Below are positions 36,160-48,100 of a stretch of DNA of 64,000 bases, piece by piece. Numbering within the stretch: the first letter of the stretch is position 1; each line of letters opens with the position of its first letter. The translations under genes and the position numbers were made by a program. Below the pieces are notes generated by a model, which was not told the DNA's origin, did no database searches, and saw only the letters and a list, made by a program, of their open reading frames with translations. The DNA comes from a virus, in IMG/VR virus record IMGVR_UViG_3300047284_000228, positions 46,787 through 110,786 of that record. One strand, given 5' to 3'.

Positions 36160-39100
36160 ATGGCACAAGAATTTTTTCCAGAAAGCGGATTACCTATTAG
36201 AAGAACAGTAGAACTTCTACCTAGTATCTTTCAAACCGAAAGCAATAGTAAATTTCTATCGGCAGTATTGGATCCTTTGGTCCAGCCAGGAACATTACAG
36301 AAAACTGTGGGATATATCGGCAGAAGGTATGGCAAGACCTATGTACCTACCGACATATATCTAGATACTGACAATACTCTGCGCAGTCGATATCAGTTAG
36401 AACCTGGAGTAACTGTTAAAGAAAATAACAGAGTAACTTCCTTCTACGATTATCTAGATTTTAAAAATCAAATTAAATTTTTCGGAAATTTAGAAGAATA
36501 CGATGCTATAGTTACTAGCCAAGATCATTATACTTGGACTCCGCCGATTGACTGGGATAAGTTTGTTAACTATAGAGAATATTATTGGGTTCCTGCAGGC
36601 CCTCCTCCAGTGACCATTGCAGGACAAGCCCAGAGAATTGTCAGTACCTATAGAGTAGCTCTTGGTACAGGCAGTGTGTTTATTTTCACGCCGGACGGTA
36701 TGTCTAATAACCCAACTATTACTTTGTATAGAGGACAGACATACAAATTCCAAGTTAGTGTTCCCGGACACGGCTTTACTATCAAGACCAATGTTGACAT
36801 AGGAAGATTAACATTTGATCCTAATAGAAATTATACTCCAGGCGAGCTAGTGGTATTCGATGAAAAGTTATGGAAAGCTAAAACAAACATTTCTTCTACT
36901 GACGGAAGCACCATAGACGAAAATAGTCAGGATTGGGAATATGTCGAGGATGTTGGTATCGCCAGTCAGTTTGATTATAATACAGGAGTTACAAATAACG
37001 GTGCCGAACGAGGAACAGTTACTTTTGAAGTTCCTATGAATGCTCCCGATGTACTGTTTTATCAAAGTACCACAGATATAAACAGGGTTGGTAGATTTAT
37101 CATAGCCGATGTCGACACCAATACAAAAATAGATGTCGAAAAAGAAATTCTAGGTAAAGTAACCTATACCAGTAGTAATGATGTTACATTAACTAACGGC
37201 ATGATAATCTATTTTTCAGGAAAGGTCAGCCCTGAAAAATATTCAAATTTAGATGATAAGTGGTTAGTTGAAGGTGTAGGAAAAAAAATCACTCTTACGA
37301 AATTCACTGATTTAATCGTATCTGCTAGCCTAAGCGGCAACAACATAGACGAAATATTATTTGATAACGGTGGATTTGACACACAACCGTTTGATGATGC
37401 AACAGCATATCCTGCTAAAAAAGATTACCTTACCATTAATAGATCTAGTGTAGATTCAAATCCTTGGTCGCGATATAATAGGTGGTTTCATAGAAGTGTA
37501 TTAGATTATTCTCATACATTTAACGGTTCGAGTTTTGAAGCCACTGAAGATTCTCGTGCTAAAAGACCAATTGTAGAATTCAAAGCTAATCTACAGCTTT
37601 TTAATCATGGTGCCCTAGCTAAACAGACAGTAGACTACATCGATGATTTTACCAGTGACGTGTTTTCTACAGTAGAAGGTAGCAGCGGTTATCTTGTAGA
37701 TGGCGAAGCTTTGTTTGAAGGAGCAAGAGTATTGGTCACTGCCGATACTGATAGCCTGGCCAATAATCAAATATATGTAGTACATTTTATTACACACAAT
37801 GGTTCAAAACAGATCAATCTAAAGAAAGCCGCAGACGGCGATTCAATAATCAACGAATGTGTACTGATTAGACGAGGAGTTAAAAATTCTGGCCTAATGT
37901 ATCATTACAATGGTACTACCTGGATAAAGAGTCAAGAAAAAACAAGTTCTAATCAAGAACCGCTTTTTGACTTATTCGACGACAATGGAGTTTCTTTCTC
38001 TGATATTGACACGTATCCGGTATCGACTTTTGCTGGAACTAGAATTTTAGGTTATCAACAAGGCTCCGGGGTAGTAGATACGGAATTGGGATTTTCTCTA
38101 TCTTATCTTAACATTGAAAATGTCGGAGATATAAAGTTCAGTTACGATTTAGATTATCAAGATTTTAATTATAAAGTTTTAGATACACGATATACTAAAA
38201 AATACAAGACAGGATTTTATAAATTTAATCCTGATAATCAATACGGAAACGGTTGGATTTTATTAGACAACGAATATTCTCAACCTATAATAGATACTAC
38301 AGTTGTAGACGAGATTACTGATACGATTGTTTCAACCGCAGTAGATTGGAGTAATGTACAAGAATCTCAAATTAGAAAAATTGTATTTTATAAAAATGGA
38401 ATCAGATCTAGAGTTTCTTGGCAGCGACAAGACAACAGGTTTATTTTCGAAGAAAAATTTCAAGTCAACGATACTGTAACAATCAAGATTTTTGCCGATC
38501 TAGATCCGGCCACTGGGTATTATGAGTTGCCATTGGGTCTTGAAAAAAATCCCCTCAACGACGAAATTGAGTCTTTTACTCTGGGCCAAGCTTCGGATCA
38601 TGTGTTAACAGGTCTAGATCTAACAGATAATTTCGAAGGGTTATTCCCTGGAAAAAACAATCTAAGAGACTTAGATGATTTTCAAAATAGATGTAATAGA
38701 TTCTTAAAACATAGTAATGTTTCTCCTTTGTCTGTTCTCAGTCTATGCGACAAAGAAGTTAATATTATCAAATCTATACAATACGCTAAAAAAGCCTATA
38801 CAGATTTTAAAAATACATTTATCGACCTAGCCTATAATCTGTATTCTGATCAGGAACCGAGAGATTTTGTTGATCAGATATTAGAAGAAATCAGTAAATC
38901 TCAAAACTCATCAAGACCATTTTCTGAATCTGATATGGTAGGCAGCGGAGCTTTTACATCTATTGATTATACTGTTGAAGATACAGGAATTAAAACATTT
39001 GCTTTGTCGAGTAAGTTTGATCTAGACACACTCAGTTCTAGAGCAGTATATGTTTATCGTAATGGAGTACAGTTATTACATGGTACACAGTACGAATTTA

Positions 39101-42100
39101 ATTCTACATTTGGTTTTATTAATTTAACGATAGAGTTGGCAGAAGGCGATGAGATACAGATCAGAGAATATGTTTCTTCTTATAGTAACTATATTCCTCC
39201 AACACCAACAAAATTAGGTCTCTATAAAAAGTATACTCCTATGAAGTATCTAGACGATACATTCATATCACCTAGAGAAGTCATACAAGGACACGACGGA
39301 AGCCTTACGGCGTCGTATGGAGATTTCCGAGATGATTTATTATTAGAATTAGAATATAGAATTTATAATAATATTAAACAAAAATATGATGAAAATATTT
39401 TTGATAATGATCTAGTATTAGGCGGATATTACGGAAATTCTCTCTACGATAAACCCTCAGTTGATAGTATAGTGTCGTTGGAATTTTTAAAATGGATCGC
39501 TGATACTAATATTGATTATATCAACAATCTTTATTTTGACAGCGAAGAATCATTTACCTATACCTACTCAAATATGACAGACCCTACCGGTACTAAAAAC
39601 CTGCCCGGTTACTGGAGAGGAGTATATAAATGGTTCTATGACACAGACAGACCTCATCTGTGTCCTTGGGAAATGTTAGGTTTTTCGGAAAAACCAACAT
39701 GGTGGGAAAGTGAATATGGTCCCGCACCTTATACAAAAAATAATCTGATACTTTGGGAAGATCTACGTGACGGTATAATTCGTCATGGAAACAGAGCAGG
39801 AACATACAAAAGATATCAGCGACCGTCTCTTATAGGACATATTCCCGTAGATGGTGACGGTAACTTAGTAAGCCCTCTTAATTCTGGACTAGCAACCAAT
39901 TTTACGTTGTTTAATAATCAAGGATCGTTCGACCTTGGTAGTGTTGCCCCAGTAGAAGCAGCCTGGAGATCCAGTTCAGAATGGCCATTTGCTTATATAA
40001 TAGCCTTATGTCTGTTAAAACCTTTTGAATATATCACAGACAATTATAATAAATCTGAAATAGGTCTTAACGTTTTAGGACAGACTATTAATAAAAACAC
40101 AGGTACGTTTTCAACAATTTCAGATATTATTTTTGAAAATTCATCGACTAAGATTGTTTCTGGTCTAGTAAACTATGTTGCAGATTATCTTAAGAGTAAA
40201 ACAACTCCTATAGATGTACTCAAAGATAAGATAACACATATTGATGTAAATCTCAGTACACGACTTTCTGGTTTTGTAGATCAAAGTCAACAGAAATATC
40301 TACTAGATAGCAAAAATCCAAACTCGTCTACGAGTAATATTTTTATTCCTCAGGAAAATTACGATATAATCTTTAATGTAAGTTCTCCTATATTTTCTTT
40401 AGTATACAGTGGTGTAATCTTAGAAAAGACTACACAAGGATGGAGACTACAGGGATATGATAATAAGAATCCGTTCTTCTACTATTACGAGGCATTGACT
40501 TCTCAGTCAGATCCCATTATATCGGTTGGAGGTGTCAGCGAAAGCTTCTTAAACTGGAGCGAAGAAAAATTTTACGGCAATGGTGTTGTTGTCAAATACA
40601 ATAATAATTATTATAGAAGTTTATCGAGTCATACCAGTACTACTGTATTTGATAAAACATTATGGAAGCAACTTCCTGATCTTCCTTTAAAAAATGCTGT
40701 CCAAGCATTTAGAAGAAACAAGTTCAACAGACTGTCTCTAAGGAAAATGCCTTATGGTCGTATTATGTCTAGGATCCAAGAAGTGGTTGATTTCTTATTA
40801 GGATATCAAGAATATCTAATAAGCATCGGATTCGTATTTGATGGGTATGATGCAGCAACACAGAGCACTGCTGACTGGTTCACATCTGTAAAAGAATTCA
40901 TGTTCTGGACCAAGCATAATTGGAGCAACGGTTCACTATTAACACTGAGCCCTAGCGCAGCAAAAATAACCGCCGAAGTTTCTATAGGTGTTGCGGACAA
41001 TTTCCTAGACAGTTTCTACGATTATCAAATATTGAGAGAAGACGGAACTCCGTTGCAGCCTAATTTTATTAATGTGGCCAGAGATCATAAGCAACTAGTA
41101 TTATCCACAGTTGATACAAATGCAGGAATTTATTTTATGAGAGCAAATTTTGTTCTCAAAGAGCATGTGACTGTATTTGATGATCGAACAGTTTTCAACG
41201 ATGTTATCTACGATAAGCCGACCGGATATCGCCAGATGAGAATTAAGAGTCGAGGTTTCCGAACAGTTGATTGGGACGGTGACTATACCAGTCCAGGATT
41301 TATCTTTGATAATGTAAAAATAGAAACCTGGAGACCGTTCACTGATTACAGATTAGGCGATATTGTCGCATACAAATCTTATTATTGGGTCAGCAAACAA
41401 AATCAATTAGGCTCTGAAAATATCGATGAGACAAAGTGGTCAAAATTAGATTCTGTTCCTACTAAAGGATTAGTCTCTAACTTTGATTATAGAATTAGTC
41501 AGTTCGGTGACTACTATGAAGTTGAAGCAGACGGAGTAGGTTCAAGTCAGAGAGATCTAGCTAGACACGCTATTGGCTATCAGTCCAGAGAATATTTACA
41601 AGCTCTAGCCGAAGACGAAGTTAGTCAATTTAGAATCTATCAAGGCTTTATCAGAGAAAAAGGCACAGCTAATTCCATAGTTAAAGTGTTCGATAAGTTG
41701 AGTCGTAGCAAAGACGATAGTATCGTACTGAACGAAGAATGGGCTTTCAAGATCGGAGAGTTTGGCGGCACCGATCAAACAAAAGAAGTTGAGTTTTTAA
41801 TCACTAAAGACTCATTAGTAATTAATCCTCAGCCGGTATTGGTTGTATCATCTAAGAGCAACGTGATCGTTGATCAAAATCTTAGAATTGATCCTTCGAT
41901 GTTTACCATTAGGTCAAAAACATTTACTACTGACATTAATCCTGTTGAGTTCTATAAAGGAACTTCCCGTTCTGCCGGCTATGTACATAAATCAGATGTT
42001 GACTATGTTGCAGCGAACAGAGACGGAATTCTTGACATCGATATTTCGCAGGTCAATGACGGAGCCCATATCTGGATTACATTTGACAGATATACATGGA

Positions 42101-45100
42101 CAGTGCTGAGATATAATGAAGAGTTATCTCTTAGAATAGTAGCAGTCGAAAAAGTTGACTCGGATGTAAGAGTTACAACAAATAGATCTCATAATTTATC
42201 TGTTAATGATATTGTTGGAATTACCAAAGTTCTTAATCTCACAGGTTTTTATAAGATAAAATCTCTAACGGCAAATACATTTACGGTGACTCCCACATCG
42301 ACAGATAATCCAGAAATCGAAGATAGCACTCATGCTGTTATAGGTCTGCTAACAGAAGCAAAGTTTGATAATTATTCTAACCTAGATCCTCAATTACTAG
42401 CTATGTTACAGAACGGAGCAAGATTGTGGATCAACGATAACGGTAGCGAACAGTGGGAAGTTATTGAAAAAACTAAACAATATAAATCTTATGAACTTGA
42501 AGACTATGGTATAACTGCGCCTTTAAATCTAGGATCGACTGTTTTATACGTAGAACAAAGAAAACATGTAATTACCAGCATCCCAACATCCAACTTTGTG
42601 ATGGTCTATTCGGACCGATCAGGGATCAACGGGTCGCTGCTATTAAATCAAATTATACCTCCGGCAGACGGTTTTGACACAGCAGTGAATGATGTATTTG
42701 GTCAAGTACTAGCAGTATCTCCCGACGGACTATGGTTAGCTGTCGGCACACCTATGGCCAGTGCCGTTCCTAGTAAATTTAGAGGCGAATTAACTTCTTC
42801 TAGTTATCTTGCCGGCGATGTAGTACTACATCGAGGAAAACTCTGGGAAGCCGTTAACAATATTGATTCGGGTGACGGCAGCACTATTAATTTTACCACA
42901 GAAGACTGGCAACCCGCTACTCTGGTAGAAGCATCGGCAGTAGGACTAGGCACTGGATATGTCAACCAAGGAATGGTTTCTCTTTATAAGTTCCAAAACG
43001 GACAGTGGGAAAATCAGATCAACATTGTAAGTCCTAGACCTCGTACCTACGAACTATTTGGTAGTGATATTAAGATAGCAGTATCCGGATCGAGATATAC
43101 TATGGCTGTTTCTGCCAAAGGTTCTTTGTGTGATACACAGATTGGGCCTAGTACCGGTAAAGGAAGGGTTTACCTATACGAGTTTGATGGTGTAGAGTGG
43201 AAACATTATGAAAATTCAAATTATCTTGGCATCTACGGACCTTATGATCCAATAGTATCTCCCTACACTGAATACCCCGCCGGCAGTATAGTATGGTCAG
43301 AAGGAAGTCTATGGCAGGCCATTGCAGATAATATCTATGACGGTAGCTCGATTACTTTAAATTCTACAGATTGGATTCGACTAGACCAGATAGCCACCGA
43401 TAACTCATTACCTACAAACGTGTCATTAGATGACGACGGATCTACTCTGGCTCTTGGTCTGCTAAACGAATCTCAATTAGCTGAACTAGTCAAAGACGGA
43501 GACCAGTTCGGACATAGTCTAGCTATGTCTAGGGACGGTTCAATATTAGTGGTTGGTATACCCAACGGCGACGCACAATATTTTGCAAACTACAAAGGAA
43601 TATGGAGTCCTTACCAGCAGTATGTATCCGGTGATGTTGTTAGATACCAGGATAGTTACCATATTTTATTAGACGACAATTCTCTTGACGGATCGTCAAA
43701 TACCAGTCTCAATGAAAGACCCGACGAAGGCGAACCATGGAGCAACGTTGGCGATAGTTCAGTAACCAGCACAGGAAAGATTTTTATCTATCAGAAGAAT
43801 AGTCTAGGTGTATACGATCTTATTCAGACTATAGCCGCATCTAATCTAAACGACATTAACGACAGCACAGTCGCAGATGCAGAAATAAGCTCCGGGGATC
43901 AATTTGGATATGCAGTTGATATAGATGCATCCGGTACAACTATCGTGGTCAGTAGCCCTCTTGCAGATATCATTAAACAAAATCAGGGTGCAGTTTATGT
44001 GTTTAAGAAAACAGGTGCTGCTGAAGTACAATTTAGATTAAGTCAAAAATTACAGAGTTTTGAAAGCTATACCAATGAATATTTTGGATCAAGTGTTTCG
44101 ATCAGTGCAGCCACTGAGCGTGTGGTAGTTGGTGCAAAAAATTCTGGTTATGATCTGATCACAACATTCGATTCAGGATCCACCACATTTGATAGTAGAA
44201 GAACATCTTATAGCACTAGGTTGGGATACCCTGGACAAGTTTATGTATTTGAAAGAAAGGATCAAGGATATCTACTAGCAGAAAAATTAGAAGCTGATTT
44301 TGTTTCCTTCGAATCTTTTGGTCATGCTGTTGATTGTACCAGTTCTGTGGTCGTAGTAGGATCACCGACCTATAAGGTGGAAGATATTGAAGTGGGTATG
44401 ATTAGACTATTTAAGAAAGACCCTTCAGTCAATAGTCTTAAGATCATACGTCAACAAACTGCTCAAGTTGATCTCGATGCTATTAAAAATATAGAGATCT
44501 ATGACGATAAGAAAAATGTAAAATTAGCTGACCTAGATATAGTCGATCATTTTAAGTTAAAAACATTATCGTTGGCAGATCAAGACATTAGGTATAAGAC
44601 TGTATATGATCCTGCGATCTATATGGTAGGCGACGATACAGTAACCATAGACGAATCACAGGCATGGTTTGAAGATCAGGTAGGCGAAGTATGGTGGGAT
44701 TTAGATTCTGTAAAATTCTTAAATTACGAACAAGATGATTTAAGCTATCGAGTCGGCAATTGGAATGCTCAAGTTGAAGGCTCTAGGGTCGACGTCTATG
44801 AATGGGTGGAAACACCATTGTTACCTTCGGAGTGGAGTATATTAGCCGACACTGTAGAAGGCCTAGCTGAAGGAATTTCAGGCCAGCCAAAAAATGCAGA
44901 TGACACGGTATACAATGTAAAGATTTTAACTAATCCTTCTACAGGAAATCCTACCAATACCCTATACTATTATTGGGTAAAAAACAAAACTACCCTGCCT
45001 ACCAATGCCGACAGACGCATGTCTGTAGCATCGATTAGTTCTTATATCTCCAATCCAATAGGCACAGGTATTCCTTTCGTAGCGATTTTAGACACAGACA

Positions 45101-48100
45101 AGTTTGCATTTTATAACTTTAAATCTGTATTAAACAGCGATACTGCGAAAATCAATATTGAATTTAATCTGGCGAAGACCAATATAAATCCTGTACACAA
45201 AGAATATCAGCTATTAACAGAAGGAGTAGCAGACTCATTACCTGCAGATAGTTTAGAAAGGAAATGGCTAGACAGTCTTGTTGGCTTTGATGACGCAGGA
45301 AATACTGTACCCGATTTTAATCTATCAGAAAATCAAAGATACGGTTTAAGTTTTAGACCTAGACAAACTATGTTTGTTAACAGAGCTAAAGCCCTAAGAA
45401 TCGCCATCGATAACATTAATTCTGTTTTAGAAACCAGACCTTTTACTGATTTGATTAATTTTGTTAATCTTAACAGTACTGATCCGTTACCCAGTGAAGA
45501 ATTAAATGAATACGATATAGCCGTTGATGAATATATTGATTTAGAACAGGTCGGAACGGCTAAGATTAAGTCAGCAGAATTTAGAGCTAATATAATCAAC
45601 GGCCGGATCGATACGATTGATATTGTTGATCCGGGTTTCGGATATAGAACAGTTCCTTTCATAGAAATCGAAGGAACCGGAACCGGAGCCAAAGCCGCTG
45701 TTACTTTAGATAGTCAGGGTCGAGTAGTTTCATGCACGGTATTGATCAAAGGTAAAAAATATACCTCTGCAATAGTTAAAATCAGACCTTTTACTGTCCT
45801 GGTAAGAAATGATTCAACCGATAAAAACTTCTGGAGCTTGTACGGTTGGGACCAGTTGAGAAAAATATTCTATAGAAGAAAGTCTCAAGGTTTTAACACT
45901 AGTTTATATTGGGAATATATAGATTGGTGGACAGAAAACTTTGATGAAAAATCAAAGATATTCAAAGAAATTAATTATTTCTATGAAGAACCATCTGTGA
46001 ATATTCTAACAGGATCTTTACTAAGAGTAAAGGAATACGGTTCTGGTGGCTGGGCAGTATTACAGAAAACTGAAAAAGGTCAAGGATCGATTTTAGAAAA
46101 TTATAATTTAGTAGGTAGACAGAACGGTACAATTCGAATTAAAGAAACTCTGTATGATGCGGTCACAGCCTCTTTAGGCTACGACAATATAGGCCCTTAT
46201 GATTCTGTGTTATATGATCTTCAGCCAATCAAAGAGTTGAGATCAATTCTTAAAGCAGTTAAAGAGGATATTTTCGTTGACGATCTCAGCGTTGAGTGGA
46301 ATAAATTATTTTTCAGTTCTGTGAAATATTCCTATGCCGAACAGCAATATATTGATTGGGCTTTCAAGACCAGTTTCTTAAATGCGATTCATAATGTAGG
46401 AGATCTAGATCAACGTCCAAATTATAAAAACGACAATCTTGATCAGTTTAGAAGTTATATAGAAGAAGTTAAACCTTATAGAACTACTGTAAGAGAATAT
46501 ACATCTAGATACACAGAAAAAAATAACTACGGATCGGCTCTAACAGACTTTGATCTTCCGGCTGCATGGTCAGTTCGTGACGGAAAAATACTACCAGTAT
46601 CATCGTCTTATAATAGGTTTGACGAATATCCCTGGAAGTCATGGTTAGAGAATAACGGATTTTCTATAATTGAAATCGCAGTATCGAAACCGGGTTCGGG
46701 ATATAAAACACCTCCTAAAGTATTGATCGAAGGCAATGGAACGGGTGCTTCGGCTACTGCTTTTATTTCTAGCGGAAAAGTATCTGGCATACGAGTAGAT
46801 AATCCCGGAATTGGTTATACAAAAACTCCTACCATCTTGCTGGTAGGCGGTAATGGAACCAGTCAGGATGTCGCTAAAGCTTCTGCAATTCTAGGCAACA
46901 CCAAGATAAGGAGTTTTGATCTAGGAATCAAATTTGATAGAATAGCTAAACAAGGTTTGTATAATACGTTTACTACTTCGCAGACATTCACCGCTACTGG
47001 ATATAGTGCAGTGTTTAATCTAAATTATGCTCCTAGTATAGATAAAACTAAGATTTCTATAATTAAGAACAATCAATTAGTCTTGCCAAATGAGTATGAA
47101 ATAAATCTTTACAAGACAGATGAAGGTGGTTTTACTCTGTTAAAAGGCAAGATAAGGTTCTTTATCGCACCAGCAGCAGGCGATGTAATTGTTGTTGACT
47201 ACGAAAAGAATGACGAAATATTAGACAGCATCAACAGAATAGAAAAATACTATTCACCTACTGCTGGAATGATAGGTAAAGAAATCAATCAGTTAATGAC
47301 AGGAATTGACTACGGCGGAGTACAGATTCAAGGTACAACTTTTGACGTAACCGGCGGCTGGGATGCTCTTCCATGGTTTACTGATAACTGGGATAGTGTT
47401 GAAAGTAATTCTGATTTTTACTATGTAGCAGATGGCAGTACTACTTTCGTTGTCTTACCATATGTGCCTGAAAACAATCAACCTATTTCTATATACTTAA
47501 AACGAGTATATGAAAATAGACCAACTAGGATAGACGATCCTTATTTCTTGGAATATGATGGGTCTACGCCTCAGCCAAACGGTAGAGTAACCGTGCCCGA
47601 TACTGCATTGATACCTACATTCATTGGAGACGGATCTACAAATATTGTAGAAATACATGATTACATTAGTACTTCTCCGGGCGATACACTGATATTTAGA
47701 AAATTGGAAAGTGACGGATCAGTTACAATTACCGATGTTAATTTGTTAGATACTAGGATCAGTGGAGGATCGTTATCTGCGATCGGCGGAGCATACGTGA
47801 CTGCGGCAGGCCTAACTCCAGAAGAAATTGTCATAGATGGAGATAAGTTTGTAACACCAGAAAACACACCTGCACCAGAAGAAAATCTTCCCGGGCAGGT
47901 CTTAGATAGCCTAAGTTTCAAAGTCTTTACCATCACCAGTCCCGGTGCATCTGCGCTTCAAAACAAAGTGCTTATAGGTGACGGACAAACATTAGTCTAT
48001 GATATAGGTTTGACTATTTTTGAAGCATCGTCTGTCATGGTCTATGTTGATAAAATCAAACAAGAATATGTTGGAGATAGTTCAGTAAGTTACTCGATAA